Below are positions 17,761-27,784 of a stretch of 64,000 nucleotides of DNA, one piece after another. The notes under the pieces are model-generated. The model did not search any database. It was not told the origin of the DNA and was given only the letters and a program-made list of their open reading frames with translations. Position 1 is the first letter of the stretch. Every line of letters begins with the position of its first letter. The DNA is from an uncultured Thermoanaerobaculia bacterium (GTDB lineage: Bacteria > Acidobacteriota > Thermoanaerobaculia > Gp7-AA8), in assembly GCA_964558905.1 (NCBI GenBank), contig CAZLGP010000238.1, positions 8,231 through 72,230 on the forward strand. Direction: 5' to 3'. The translations under genes were made by a program, and so were the position numbers.

Positions 17761-20040
17761 ATGGGCAGCGACAGAGAAGATTTTTCGAGGAAGCTCCTGG
17801 CCACCTTCCGCGGCGAAGCGAAAGAGCACATCGAGGCGATGTCGTCCGGCCTGCTCGCCCTCGAGCACCTCACCGGGAGGGAGCGAGCCCAGGTACTGGA
17901 GACGATCTTCCGCGAGGCGCACAGTCTCAAAGGGGCGGCCCGCGCGGTGAACCTGCTCGATCTCGAGGGACTCTGCCACTCTCTCGAGGATCTGTTCGCG
18001 GGGATGACGCGGGATCGATTCGCGGTGACAGCCGGTCTCTTCGACCTCTTTCACGAAGTGCTCGACGTCCTCCGCCAGCTCGCGCGCGCGGAGCCGAAGG
18101 CGCCCCCCGATCCCCGTGTACCTCTGCTGAACCGCCGGATGGCGGACACGCTGAGCGGGGCGAAACAGGAAGCACCCCCGGCGTCTTTGTCTCCGCCTCC
18201 GCGCGCGCATCCGGCTTCCGAACCGCAGCCCACCGATCCCCAGGACCCGAGGCCCGCGCGATTGCACGAAGAAGCGACCGTTCGAATCCGAACATCGAAG
18301 CTCGACTCGATCCTGCGCGAGACCGAGGAGCTCCTCGGCCCGCGTCTTGCGGCAGCTCAACGCGTGATCGAATTGCGAGAAACGCGAGCGACGCTCAGCG
18401 CCTGGCGGAAGCGCAGATCCGCGGTCGAACCCTTTCGAAAGGTCGTGGAGCGATCGATCGCGGACTCTTCAGCGGCCGGGGTACGACTGCTGCCACGACA
18501 GATTTCGAAAGTCCTCGAGTACGTCGAAGAGCAGGATCAGCTCCTGCGCACCGTCGAATCGCGCCTCGCCACGATCGAGTCCGTGGCCCAAGCGGACCAG
18601 AGGCTTCTCCTGCACATCACCGATTGTCTCTTCGGCGACGTGAAGGAAACCTGCATGTTGCCGTTCTCGACGCTGCTCCAGGGGCTGCCGCGCGTCGTGC
18701 GTGATCTCGCGCGCGAGCGGGGGAAGAACGTCGAGCTCGTGGTGCGCGGAGCGGAGATCGAGATCGATCGGCGGATTCTCGAGGAGATGAACGCGCCCAT
18801 GATCCACCTGGTGCGGAACAGCGTCGACCACGGCGTGGAGATCCCATCGGTACGCCAGGAAAAGGGCAAGACCGCGGTGGCGAGGCTCACGGTGGACGTC
18901 TCGCACAAGAATGGCGGGGTCGAGATCGTGGTCGCCGACGATGGTGCGGGTGTCGACACCGCGAAAGTCAAGAGCATGGCGGAGAAGCTCGGAATCTCTC
19001 CCCCTGACCGCGAGACGTGGAGTGATCAGGAGTCGATCTCGCTGATCTTTCACTCCGGCTTCTCGACGAATCCGATCATTACCGGTACGTCGGGACGCGG
19101 GCTGGGGCTCGCCATCGTGCGCGAGAAAGTCGACCGGCTTGCCGGCTCGGTCGAGATCGAGTCGGTTCCGGACAGGGGCACTCGGGTGATCATGCGCCTG
19201 CCGCTGACGTTGGCTACGTCTCGCGGCGTCGTCGTCTCGTCGGGAGGCCGCCCGTTCATCATCCCCTCGGGGGGAATCGAACGAGTGACCAGAGTCGCAA
19301 CCTCCGAGGTACGCACGGTGGAGAATCGCGAGACGATCAGCGTCGACGGCCGGCCCGTTCCGCTGGTGGCGCTGGCGGATGTTCTCGAACTCCCGCGCCG
19401 GGACGAGCCCGAGGGCGCCCGGATTCCGGTGATCGTGCTCGGAGCGGCCACCGGTGCGATTGCGTTCCATGTCGACGAGGTTCTTGCCGAGCAGGAAATC
19501 CTGATCAAAGGTCTGGGTCCGCAGCTTCAGCGCGTGCGGAACGTCGCCGGCGTCACGGTGGTCGGCAGCGGGGAGATCGTGCCGGTCCTGAGCGTGTCCG
19601 ACCTGATGCGCTCCGCGGTCCACGTCGGAACCCCGACGCCGCACCTTGCCCGTCCCGAGGGAGGGCGGAAGGAGCGCAAGTCGATTCTCCTCGCGGAGGA
19701 CTCGATCACTTCACGGATGCTGCTCAAGAACATCCTCGAGACGGCCGGTTACGCCGTCAGCGTCGCATCCGACGGGCTCGACGCATGGACCACTCTGAGG
19801 ACGGGAACGTTCGATCTGATCGTTTCGGACGTCGAGATGCCGCGCATGGATGGATTTTCCTTGACCGAGAAAGTGCGGGGGGACCCGTCGCGGTCCGATC
19901 TGCCGGTCGTGCTCGTCACGGCTCTCGAATCCCGCGAGCACCGCGAGCGGGGAGTGGATGCCGGTGCGAACGCCTACATCGTGAAGAGCAGTTTCGATCA
20001 GAGCGATCTTCTCGAAGCGGTACGGCGTCTGATTGGATAG
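17761..20040 (+). CDS. cheA: CheA histidine kinase fused to a C-terminal receiver domain
   Basis: Hpt (FREAHSLKGAARAV), HATPase (LVRNSVDHGVE, DDGAGVD, GRGLGLAIV), CheW-like domain, then REC (ILLAEDSITSRMLL...DLIVSDVEMPRMDG). Confidence 0.93.
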   Translation: MGSDREDFSRKLLATFRGEAKEHIEAMSSGLLALEHLTGRERAQVLETIFREAHSLKGAARAVNLLDLEGLCHSLEDLFAGMTRDRFAVTAGLFDLFHEVLDVLRQLARAEPKAPPDPRVPLLNRRMADTLSGAKQEAPPASLSPPPRAHPASEPQPTDPQDPRPARLHEEATVRIRTSKLDSILRETEELLGPRLAAAQRVIELRETRATLSAWRKRRSAVEPFRKVVERSIADSSAAGVRLLPRQISKVLEYVEEQDQLLRTVESRLATIESVAQADQRLLLHITDCLFGDVKETCMLPFSTLLQGLPRVVRDLARERGKNVELVVRGAEIEIDRRILEEMNAPMIHLVRNSVDHGVEIPSVRQEKGKTAVARLTVDVSHKNGGVEIVVADDGAGVDTAKVKSMAEKLGISPPDRETWSDQESISLIFHSGFSTNPIITGTSGRGLGLAIVREKVDRLAGSVEIESVPDRGTRVIMRLPLTLATSRGVVVSSGGRPFIIPSGGIERVTRVATSEVRTVENRETISVDGRPVPLVALADVLELPRRDEPEGARIPVIVLGAATGAIAFHVDEVLAEQEILIKGLGPQLQRVRNVAGVTVVGSGEIVPVLSVSDLMRSAVHVGTPTPHLARPEGGRKERKSILLAEDSITSRMLLKNILETAGYAVSVASDGLDAWTTLRTGTFDLIVSDVEMPRMDGFSLTEKVRGDPSRSDLPVVLVTALESREHRERGVDAGANAYIVKSSFDQSDLLEAVRRLIG

Positions 20041-20115
20041 GAAACATATGAGCGTGCGGCAGGAGAGCGCTTTTCGTCAGTTCCCGCGGTCCGGCAGTCG
20101 CGGGAGGCGCTTCGC

Positions 20116-21159
20116 TTGATCCGTGTGCTCATCGTCGAAGACTCCCCGGTCGTGCGGGAATTCCTCGTCCACGTATTGACCGCGGATCCCTCGATCGAGA
20201 TCGCCGGCGTGGCGACGAATGGTGAGGAGGCGCTCGAGGCGGTCGCGCGTCTGCGGCCCGACGTGATCACGATGGACGTGCACATGCCCAGGCTCGATGG
20301 ACTCGAGGCCACGCGTCGCATCATGGAGACCACTCCGACGCCGGTGGTCATCGTGAGCGGAACCGCGAATCCACGCGAGGTCAGCGAGACGTTTGCGGCG
20401 ATCGAAGCCGGGGCCCTTGCCGTTCTCTCCCGACCCGCCGGGATCGGTCATCCCGATCACGATGCGAATGCGCGCGAGCTCGTTCAGACCGTCAAGTTGA
20501 TGGCGGAAGTTCGTGTCGTGCGGCGCTGGCCGAAGGTCGCGCGCGACGCGCCGGCGAGGGCGCCGGAACTGACGGTGGAGACGGTCGTGAAGCGGGAGGT
20601 CGTGGTCCTCGGAGCTTCGACGGGTGGCCCGCCCGTTTTGCAGACGATTCTCTCGGCGCTGCCCGCTCCTTTTCCGCTGCCGGTTCTGATCGTCCAGCAC
20701 ATGGCGGCCGGATTCACGGAAGGATTTGCCGGCTGGCTCGCGCAGTCGTCCGGGATGCCGGTTCATGTCGCCGTTCATGGGGAGAAGGTCGCCGGCGGCC
20801 ATGCCTACGTCGCGCCCGACGCGCGACAGATGAAAGTCGATCCCAGCGGCCGGATCGTTCTGACGGACGACCCCATGGAGAACGGGGTCAGGCCTTCGGT
20901 CTCCTATCTCTTCCGCGCCGTCGCCGGCATCTACGGCGCGAGTGCCGTTGCCGGACTGCTGACCGGAATGGGACGCGACGGAGCGGAGGAATTGAAGCTG
21001 CTCAGGGACAAGGGCGCCCTGACCTTCGCTCAGGACCAGAAGACCTGTGTCGTCCATGGCATGCCGGGAGAGGCGGTGAAGCTCGACGCTGCCCGCTACG
21101 TGTTGACGCCCGACCAGGTTGCGTCGTTGTTGACGAGCATTTCCAACACAGGAAGGTGA
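20116..21159 (+). CDS. cheB: CheB protein-glutamate methylesterase (REC + esterase)
   Basis: TTG start. IRVLIVEDSPVVREFL...DVITMDVHMPRLDG; esterase VVVLGASTGGP, LIVQHM, GMGRDGA. Confidence 0.92.
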   Translation: MIRVLIVEDSPVVREFLVHVLTADPSIEIAGVATNGEEALEAVARLRPDVITMDVHMPRLDGLEATRRIMETTPTPVVIVSGTANPREVSETFAAIEAGALAVLSRPAGIGHPDHDANARELVQTVKLMAEVRVVRRWPKVARDAPARAPELTVETVVKREVVVLGASTGGPPVLQTILSALPAPFPLPVLIVQHMAAGFTEGFAGWLAQSSGMPVHVAVHGEKVAGGHAYVAPDARQMKVDPSGRIVLTDDPMENGVRPSVSYLFRAVAGIYGASAVAGLLTGMGRDGAEELKLLRDKGALTFAQDQKTCVVHGMPGEAVKLDAARYVLTPDQVASLLTSISNTGR

Positions 21160-21163
21160 GATC

Positions 21164-24100
21164 TTGGCCTCCGACCCCGTGAACGTTCTCATCGCTGAAG
21201 ACAGCCCGACGCAGGCGGCACGGCTCTCGTTCCTCCTGGAGCAGAACGGCTACTCGGTGACGCAAGCGGGCAACGGACGCGAGGCCCTCGAATTGCTCGA
21301 GAAGTCGACGCCGGCTCTGGTCATCTCCGACGTGATGATGCCGGAGCTCGACGGCTTCGGCCTCTGCCGCGCGATCCGGGACGACCCCCGCTGGCGGTTG
21401 ATCCCGTTCATGCTCGTGACCACTCTCACCGATACGATGGACGTCATCCGCGGACTCGAGTGCGGCGCGGACAACTTCATCCGCAAACCGTACGAGGAGA
21501 AGTACCTTCTCTCGCGGATCCACTACCTTCTGATGAACCGGAGCCTCCGCGGGGAGCAGCGGATGCAGATGGGAGTGGAGATCACTCTCGGCGACCAGCG
21601 ACACTTCATCACCTCCGAGCGTCAGCAGATCCTCGACCTTCTCATCTCTACCTATGAGCAGGCGGTTCAGATCAACGAGGACCTCAAGCACCGCGAGCAG
21701 GACATCGGCCACGCCAACCGCGTCCTGAATGGGCTGTATGGAATCGCGGAAGGTCTGAATCACGCCCGGACCGAAAAGGATGTGCTGGAGACGGCCCTGG
21801 AGCGCGCGCTGATGCTGCCCGGTGTGCGTGCAGGATGGATTTATCTTCGCGACGGCGATTCGTTCCGGCTGGCGGCGGCCCGCGGTCTCCCCGCCGCGCT
21901 CCGGAATGAGGGGGCAATGGAAGGCGACTGTCACTGCAGGCGGATCTGCGCCACCGGCGAGCTGCAGTTCGTGCTCAACATCCACACCTGTGAACGGCTG
22001 AGCGGCGTCTCCGGCGACACGGAGGGCCTCTGCTGTCACGCGAGCATTCCGCTCTGGCTCGACCAGCAGACGTTCGGCGTGATGAACCTCGTCGGTGCTT
22101 CGGATGGACTCTTCGACGAGGAACAGCTCGCGGTCCTCCACAACGTAGGCAACCAGGTCGCCGTGGCGATCGACCGGACGCGGCTTCGCGAAGGTCTCGA
22201 GGATCTGGTCGAGAAGCGGACCGTCCAGCTGGAGACAGAGATCGGGCAGCGGAGACGGAGCGAGGAGTCGCTGCATCGAAGCGAGGCTCTGCTCCAGATC
22301 GCGAGCCGCGTCGGTCGCCTCGGCGCGTGGGCCGTCGACCTCCCTGACCTCGCGGTCACATGGTCGAAGGAAATGCGCGCAATCCACGAGATTCCGGACG
22401 AGTCCGGGCCGACCTTCGAGGAGATCTTCCGGTTCTACGATCCGGAAGATCTGCCGAGAGTCGAGGGCGTGTTCCGCACCGCCATGCGCGACGGCGAACC
22501 CTTCGACATCGAGGCTGAGATCACGACCAGGAAAGGCCGCCGGATCTGGGTACACGCCATGGGCGAAGGGGAGAGGGATGCCACCGGAGCCGTCACGCGC
22601 GTACACGGCGCCCTTCAGGACATCTCCGATCGGATCGAGGAGATCACCGACCGAAAGAACGCCGAGCGACGGATGCTCGAGAGCGAGGAGCGATATCGCC
22701 TGCTGTTCGATCGGAATCCGCATCCGACCTGGGTTTACGACGCGGAGACGCTCGCCTTCCTGGCGGTGAACGAGTCGGCTGTGCAGCAATACGGCTTTTC
22801 GCGGGAAGAGTTCCTCTCGATGACGCTGCTCGACATCCGGCCGCCCGACGAGATCCCGAGGCTCCTCCAGAACCTGAACGAAGAGCCGGAGACCGCTCAG
22901 CCCCGGACCTTTGGCGTATTCCATCACCGGAAGAAGGACGGAGCCGTCATCGAGGTGGAGGTCTCGAGCAGCGAGATCACGTTTTCGGGCCGCAAGGCCG
23001 GACTGGTGCTGGCGATGGATGTCACGGAGCGGCGTCAGCTCGAACAGCAGTTTCTCCGCGCACAGCGGATGGAGAGCATCGGTACGCTCGCGGGAGGCAT
23101 CGCCCACGATCTGAACAACCTCCTGATGCCGATCATGATGGGGGTGTCGCTCCTCCAGCGATACGCGCCCGACCCGAGGAGCGACCGCACGATCGAGAAC
23201 ATCGAGCGGAGCGCCCGCCGTGCAACGGAGCTCGTGAAACAGGTTCTCTCGTTCGCGCGAGGGATCCAGGGCTCGCGCGTCTCGGTCCACATGCTCGACG
23301 TCGTCCGGGAAGTGGAGGCGATCTGCGAGGGTACCTTTCCCAAGAACCTGCGCATGGAGGTCGACGTGCCCGCCGATCTCTGGTCGATCGAAGCCGACCC
23401 GACCCAGCTGAATCAGGTCCTGCTGAATTTCCTCGTGAATGCGCGCGACGCGATGCCCGACGGAGGATGCATCAACGTAACGGTACGCAACACCGAGATC
23501 GACGAGCACTATGCACGCATGCACAGCGGAGCCGCGGCCGGCCAATACGTCATGCTGGAGATCGCCGACGAGGGAACGGGCATGCCCCAGGAGATCGTCG
23601 ATCGCATCTTCGAGCCGTTCTTCACCACCAAAGAGGTCGGACGCGGCACGGGCCTCGGCTTATCGACGGTTGCGGCGATCGTCCGGAGTCACGGGGGCTT
23701 CGTGAACGTCTACAGCGAGGTTGGGAAGGGGAGTGTCTTCAGGATCCATTTCCCGTCGCGTGAAAAGCGCGAGACCCGGGAGGTCGAGCCGGCCGTGGAG
23801 GAGTTGGTGCGCGGTCACGGCGAGACCATTCTGGTCGTCGACGACGAGAGGGCGGTCGTGGCCATCACGCAAGCGACGCTCGAAGCCTTCGGGTACAACG
23901 TCCTCGTTGCCGAGGACGGCGCTCAGGCCATTGGCCTCTTCGCGCTTCATCGATCGACCATCGCTGTCGTCGTCACCGACATGATGATGCCGGTGATGGA
24001 TGGTCCTGTGCTGATCGCGGCCCTGCGCCGGATCGAGCCGAACGTCCGGATCATCGCTTCGAGCGGCCTCCACGACGAAGGGAAGACCGCTCGCGCACGC

Positions 24101-24190
24101 CAGAGCGGCGTTCGGCACTTCCTCGAGAAACCGTATTCGGCCGCGGTTCTGCTGCGGACGCTGTCGAAGATCCTGTGCGGAGAGGAGTGA
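21164..24190 (+). CDS. Hybrid sensor histidine kinase: REC-GAF-PAS-PAS-HisKA-HATPase-REC
   Basis: N-terminal REC ([14 protein letters not shown]...[10 protein letters not shown]). H-box [17 protein letters not shown]-box [11 protein letters not shown]-boxes DEGTGM / GTGLGLS. C-terminal REC ([11 protein letters not shown]...[10 protein letters not shown]). Starts 5 nt after cheB. Confidence 0.9.
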   Translation: MASDPVNVLIAEDSPTQAARLSFLLEQNGYSVTQAGNGREALELLEKSTPALVISDVMMPELDGFGLCRAIRDDPRWRLIPFMLVTTLTDTMDVIRGLECGADNFIRKPYEEKYLLSRIHYLLMNRSLRGEQRMQMGVEITLGDQRHFITSERQQILDLLISTYEQAVQINEDLKHREQDIGHANRVLNGLYGIAEGLNHARTEKDVLETALERALMLPGVRAGWIYLRDGDSFRLAAARGLPAALRNEGAMEGDCHCRRICATGELQFVLNIHTCERLSGVSGDTEGLCCHASIPLWLDQQTFGVMNLVGASDGLFDEEQLAVLHNVGNQVAVAIDRTRLREGLEDLVEKRTVQLETEIGQRRRSEESLHRSEALLQIASRVGRLGAWAVDLPDLAVTWSKEMRAIHEIPDESGPTFEEIFRFYDPEDLPRVEGVFRTAMRDGEPFDIEAEITTRKGRRIWVHAMGEGERDATGAVTRVHGALQDISDRIEEITDRKNAERRMLESEERYRLLFDRNPHPTWVYDAETLAFLAVNESAVQQYGFSREEFLSMTLLDIRPPDEIPRLLQNLNEEPETAQPRTFGVFHHRKKDGAVIEVEVSSSEITFSGRKAGLVLAMDVTERRQLEQQFLRAQRMESIGTLAGGIAHDLNNLLMPIMMGVSLLQRYAPDPRSDRTIENIERSARRATELVKQVLSFARGIQGSRVSVHMLDVVREVEAICEGTFPKNLRMEVDVPADLWSIEADPTQLNQVLLNFLVNARDAMPDGGCINVTVRNTEIDEHYARMHSGAAAGQYVMLEIADEGTGMPQEIVDRIFEPFFTTKEVGRGTGLGLSTVAAIVRSHGGFVNVYSEVGKGSVFRIHFPSREKRETREVEPAVEELVRGHGETILVVDDERAVVAITQATLEAFGYNVLVAEDGAQAIGLFALHRSTIAVVVTDMMMPVMDGPVLIAALRRIEPNVRIIASSGLHDEGKTARARQSGVRHFLEKPYSAAVLLRTLSKILCGEE

Positions 24191-24220
24191 GGGCCCGGAG
24201 AACCCATCACTCATCGCCGC

Positions 24221-24388
24221 TCACGACTTCTTTCGCGGCGGCGGTAGCCGGCGGGCGTCGAGCAGCGCCCGCCGCAGGAGGAACTCGATCTGGCCGTTGA
24301 GGCTCCGCAGCTCGTCGTCGGCCCATCGCTGCAGAGCCTCGTGTACGGCAGGGTCGAGGCGGAGAAGAAACGCTTTCCGGTCGGACAT
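24221..24388 (-). CDS. Arc/MetJ-type ribbon-helix-helix protein (55 aa), not in the ORF track
   Basis: Hand translation: MSDRKAFLLRLDPAVHEALQRWADDELRSLNGQIEFLLRRALLDARRLPPPRKKS*. GGAAGG upstream. 19 nt downstream of the SPFH gene. Confidence 0.7.
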   Translation of the reverse strand: MSDRKAFLLRLDPAVHEALQRWADDELRSLNGQIEFLLRRALLDARRLPPPRKKS

Positions 24389-24406
24389 GGGAAACCTTCC
24401 GGAGGG

Positions 24407-25276
24407 CTAGTGATACAGCGATCCCGTGTTCACGACCGGTTGCGTGTGACGGTCGCTGCAGAGCACGACCAGGAGGTTGCTGACCATGGCCGCGCGCCGC
24501 TCGTCGTCGAGCGTCACCACGGCTTTGGCGGACAGCATGTCCAGCGCCATCTCCACCATGCCCACCGCCCCCTCGACGATCTTCTGCCGCGCCGCGACGA
24601 CGGCCGAGGCCTGCTGGCGCTGGAGCATGGCCGCGGCGATCTCGGGCGAATAGGCGAGGTGGCTGATGCGGGCCTCGATCACCTCCACGCCCGCCTCGGC
24701 CAGGCGGTCCTGGATCTCGACCTTGAGCTTCTCCGAAATTTCCGCCGTGTGCCCGACCAGGCAGCGCTCGTCGTCCTGATAGCTGTCGTACGCATATCCG
24801 GTGGCGAGATTGCGGAGGGCGGACTCGCTCTGCACGTGGACGAAATTTTCATAGTTGTCGACGCGGAACACCGCCTCGGCCGTGTCGACGACCGCCCAGA
24901 CCACGATCGAGCCGATCTCGATCGGATTCCCGCGGATGTCGTTGACCTTCAGCTTCCCGGTCTCGAAGTTCCGGACGCGGACGGAGACTTTCCGTTTCGT
25001 ATAGAAGGGATTGGCCCACCGCAGCCCCGCGTCGCGGGCCGTACCGACGTACGCGCCGAACAGCTGCAGCACGCGGGCCTCGTTCGGATCGACCATGAAG
25101 AACCCGAACAGCGACACGACCAGGCAGAGAGCCACCAGGCCGGCCGCGACGGCAGGCCAGGGCATCCTGTTGGCCACCAGCCAGATGGTCGCCGCGACGG
25201 CGCCCAGCAACAGCAGGGGCAGGAGCACGAGGAGCGGAATCCCGTTCATGGGGTGCCGGGGAAGTTCTTTGAGCAT
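24407..25276 (-). CDS. SPFH/band-7 family membrane protein
   Basis: ATG at 25276 preceded by GGAGG. TM segment then [18 protein letters not shown]...[15 protein letters not shown]...ALRNLA...[12 protein letters not shown]. Confidence 0.88.
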   Translation of the reverse strand: MLKELPRHPMNGIPLLVLLPLLLLGAVAATIWLVANRMPWPAVAAGLVALCLVVSLFGFFMVDPNEARVLQLFGAYVGTARDAGLRWANPFYTKRKVSVRVRNFETGKLKVNDIRGNPIEIGSIVVWAVVDTAEAVFRVDNYENFVHVQSESALRNLATGYAYDSYQDDERCLVGHTAEISEKLKVEIQDRLAEAGVEVIEARISHLAYSPEIAAAMLQRQQASAVVAARQKIVEGAVGMVEMALDMLSAKAVVTLDDERRAAMVSNLLVVLCSDRHTQPVVNTGSLYH

Positions 25277-25337
25277 GATCGCCTCCAATGCGTTGAGTGA
25301 GATCAATATGATATCACTTTGCGATCATGTCAAGGGG

Positions 25338-25398
25338 GGGGCGTGGGTGCTGGGTGCTGGGTGCTGAGTGCCTTGAGTCCTGAGTCCTGAGTCCTGAG
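25338..25398. repeat. Tandem heptamers GTGCTGG/GTGCTGA/GTCCTGA
   Basis: gggtgctgggtgctgggtgctgagtgccttgagtcctgagtcctgagtcctgagc. Confidence 0.8.
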
Positions 25399-25500
25399 CG
25401 ACGCCGCCTAGGAGCCTCTCCGGAGGTTGGGCTAGCCCCGCGCTCTGCGGAAAGAAGAATAGTCGCGGCCGCAGTTCCTGTGCGCCTCGCGAGCCCCGGG

Positions 25501-25550
25501 GTTACGCCCGTAGCGGGTAAGAGGAAATAGCCCCCGGCTTCAGCCGCCTG
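25501..25550. repeat. REP-like unit (family of 2557-2740)
   Basis: gttacgcccgtagcgggtaagaggaaatagcccccggcttcagccg. Confidence 0.8.
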
Positions 25551-25761
25551 TCGATGGACGGATACCTGAGAGAGAAAGGCGACTCGCCCGACAAGCAGCT
25601 TCGGTTCCTCGCCGGCAAGGCGATGGAGGCTCTGAAAGGACGAGCGTCCGCAAAAGACGTGGCCGAGGCGTTGCGCGAGAAGCTGAGCACGGGAGTGTCC
25701 GCATGAGAGCCGCCGTCCTGTTCAATCGATGTTCAATCTTCGATTCCGAGGAGCGGGCCCG

Positions 25762-27192
25762 ATGACCTCGATCCCGATCAGTGAAAGGACGGACCGTTTT
25801 CAGGGTTACCGCGGCAGCGCGAAGGGCGCCTTCGAGAGGTACGGCTTCGGCGTCTGGAGCGAGGTCGAGATCGTGAACGACCGCGGCTCGTCATTCGTCG
25901 GCGTCGTGCTCCCGCGAAGCGAGAACGCCGACGACCAGCACATCGTCGTGAAGCTCTTCAACGGCTACAACGTCGGCATCCGTGCGGATCGCATCGCCTC
26001 CGCGCGCGAGCTCGGCTACCGCAAGGCCGTCTATAAGATCCCCGAGAAGGAGTTCCCGTACGATCCGAAGAAAAAGAACGTCACCCTCCTCGGCACCGGC
26101 GGCACGATCGCAAGCCGCCTCGACTACCGGACCGGCGCGGTCATCCCCGCCTTCACCCCGGGGGAGCTCTACGGCGCCGTTCCCGAGCTGGCCGACATCG
26201 CGAACCTGACGACGAAGAAACTCTTCGGCGTCTTCAGCGAGAACATGGGGCCCGAGGAGTACAAGACGCTCGCCGTCGCGATCGGCGAGGAGATCGAGAA
26301 GGGATGCGACGGCATCGTCGTCGGCCACGGCACCGACACGATGGCGCACACGGCCGCGATCCTCAGCTTCATGGTCCAGAACAGCCCCGTGCCGATCGTC
26401 GTCGTCGGAAGCCAGCGCTCCTCCGATCGCCCGTCGTCGGATGCCGCGCTCAACCTGATGAATGCCGTCCGGACGGCCGCCGAGTGCGACATCGCCGAGG
26501 TGATGATCTGCATGTTCGGGCCGACGTCGGACAACTACGACCTGCTGCATCGCGGCACGCGCTGCCGGAAGATGCACTCGAGCTACCGGAGCACCTTCCG
26601 TACGATCGGCGCGACGCCGCTCGCGACGGTCAGCCGCTACCCGAGCTCCGAGGACGGCAGCCACTTCAAGTACCTGACGAGCGACATCGTCCGCCGCGAC
26701 AAGAGCCGCAAGCCGGTCATCACCCCGGTCTTCGAAGAGAAGGTGACGATCCAGTACTACTACCCGAACTTCAATCCCGACATCATCGACGGCCTCTCGG
26801 CGCTCGGATATCGGGGGATGGTGATCGCCGGCACGGGACTGGGCCACGTCAACAAGCCCCTTTACCCCGCGATCCGGCGCGCGATCGAGAAAGGGATGAC
26901 GGTGGTGATGACCGTGCAGACGCTCTGGGGCTTCGTTCAGATGTACGTCTACGACACCGGCCGCGACCTCCTCGACCTCGGCATCATCCCGATGGACAAC
27001 ATGCTCCCCGAGACCGCCTACGTGAAGCTCGGCTGGGTCCTCGGGCAGACCGACGATCCGAAGAAGATCCGCGAGATGATGACCACCCCGATCAACCACG
27101 AGATCACCCCCCGCGAGCCGCACAACGGCTACCTCATCCTCCAGGGCGGGTTGCCCGAGGTCGAGGCCTTCGTGCAGAAGCACTGGAAGTAG
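25762..27192 (+). CDS. gatD: GatD-like protein (archaeal-type Glu-tRNA(Gln) amidotransferase subunit D / asparaginase family)
   Basis: N-terminal GatD-specific domain (VEIVNDRGSSFVGVVLPRSENADDQHIVVKLFNGYNVGIRADRI) followed by the asparaginase core (VTLLGTGGTIAS, VVGHGTDTMAHTA, VVVGSQRS). GAGGAG upstream of the ATG at 25762. Confidence 0.8.
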   Translation: MTSIPISERTDRFQGYRGSAKGAFERYGFGVWSEVEIVNDRGSSFVGVVLPRSENADDQHIVVKLFNGYNVGIRADRIASARELGYRKAVYKIPEKEFPYDPKKKNVTLLGTGGTIASRLDYRTGAVIPAFTPGELYGAVPELADIANLTTKKLFGVFSENMGPEEYKTLAVAIGEEIEKGCDGIVVGHGTDTMAHTAAILSFMVQNSPVPIVVVGSQRSSDRPSSDAALNLMNAVRTAAECDIAEVMICMFGPTSDNYDLLHRGTRCRKMHSSYRSTFRTIGATPLATVSRYPSSEDGSHFKYLTSDIVRRDKSRKPVITPVFEEKVTIQYYYPNFNPDIIDGLSALGYRGMVIAGTGLGHVNKPLYPAIRRAIEKGMTVVMTVQTLWGFVQMYVYDTGRDLLDLGIIPMDNMLPETAYVKLGWVLGQTDDPKKIREMMTTPINHEITPREPHNGYLILQGGLPEVEAFVQKHWK

Positions 27193-27223
27193 GAGGGGAG
27201 GGGGTGCATCATCGGAGTCCACC

Positions 27224-27415
27224 ATGAGAACCACGATCAATCTCGATGAGGAGCTCATCGAAAAGGCGCGGCGGCTGACGGGGACGCGAGGGCGAACGAC
27301 GTTGATCCACGAGGGGCTGCGTGCGCTGATCGCGCGCGAAAGCGCGAGGCGCCTGGCGCGTCTCGGCGGTAGCGATCCGAAAGCGGCAGCGCCGCGCCGG
27401 CGCCGACCCGCGTGA
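27224..27415 (+). CDS. VapB-type antitoxin (DUF2191-like), orphan
   Basis: MRTTINLDEELIEKARRLTGTRGRTTLIHEGLRALIARESARRLARLGG. No intact PIN-domain ORF follows. Confidence 0.7.
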   Translation: MRTTINLDEELIEKARRLTGTRGRTTLIHEGLRALIARESARRLARLGGSDPKAAAPRRRRPA

Positions 27416-27489
27416 TCCTGGAGATCCATCACGGGCGCTGCTCCGCAGAAGGCGCGACCCGGTCTTTCTGGCTGAACGTTTGACGGGGG

Positions 27490-27745
27490 ACCCCGGGCGT
27501 GGATTCGACGAGCGCAATCTCCGGTACATGCGGGCGTTCACCTCGCATTCCCGATTCGGAACGCGCTGCGTGCCGAATCGCCAGGCCTTGGAAAACGGAA
27601 CGCAGCGCGTTCCGTTTTCGAAATCGTCACGCGGCGCGCGACGAATCGGCCGGCCTGCGGGCGGAGCTTTCGTGGACCGATCTGTCGCTTGAGGGCACCC
27701 TCGCTCTTCTGAAGGCCGAAAATTATACGCAGAGTCGAAATACTC
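27490..27745 (+). pseudogene. Possible relic of a DUF1016/YhcG-like nuclease N-terminus
   Basis: GRGFDERNLRYMRAF... and, after a frameshift, ELSWTDLSLEGTLALLKAE resemble the conserved GFSxRNLxxMRxF and LSWSHYxxLL blocks. Weak, recalled from memory only. Confidence 0.3.
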
Positions 27746-27754
27746 TGCGTATAA
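27723..27754 (-). terminator. Perfect 13-bp stem hairpin downstream of the DUF1501 gene
   Basis: ttatacgcagagt-cgaaat-actctgcgtataa. On the minus strand it is followed by ATTTTC. 30 nt after the stop at 27785. Confidence 0.4.
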
Positions 27755-27784
27755 CACCAGGTCACGGCGAGAGGCCGCGGGACC

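Noticed and set aside
27416-27480. Possible VapC toxin start after vapB (VILEIHHGRCSAEG...)
   Set aside because: It is only about 23 codons before a stop, and has no PIN-domain acidic residues or the usual ILVDTSV-type start.
27558-27614. Perfect 15-bp inverted repeat cggaacgcgctgcgt / acgcagcgcgttccg, and the adjacent gaaaacggaacgc...gcgttccgttttc palindrome, as a regulatory operator
   Set aside because: It lies inside what looks like a decayed DUF1016-type gene, where the two halves also correspond to a repeated peptide (GTRCVPN / GTQRVPF). There is no adjacent promoter or gene to regulate, so I kept it only as a note.
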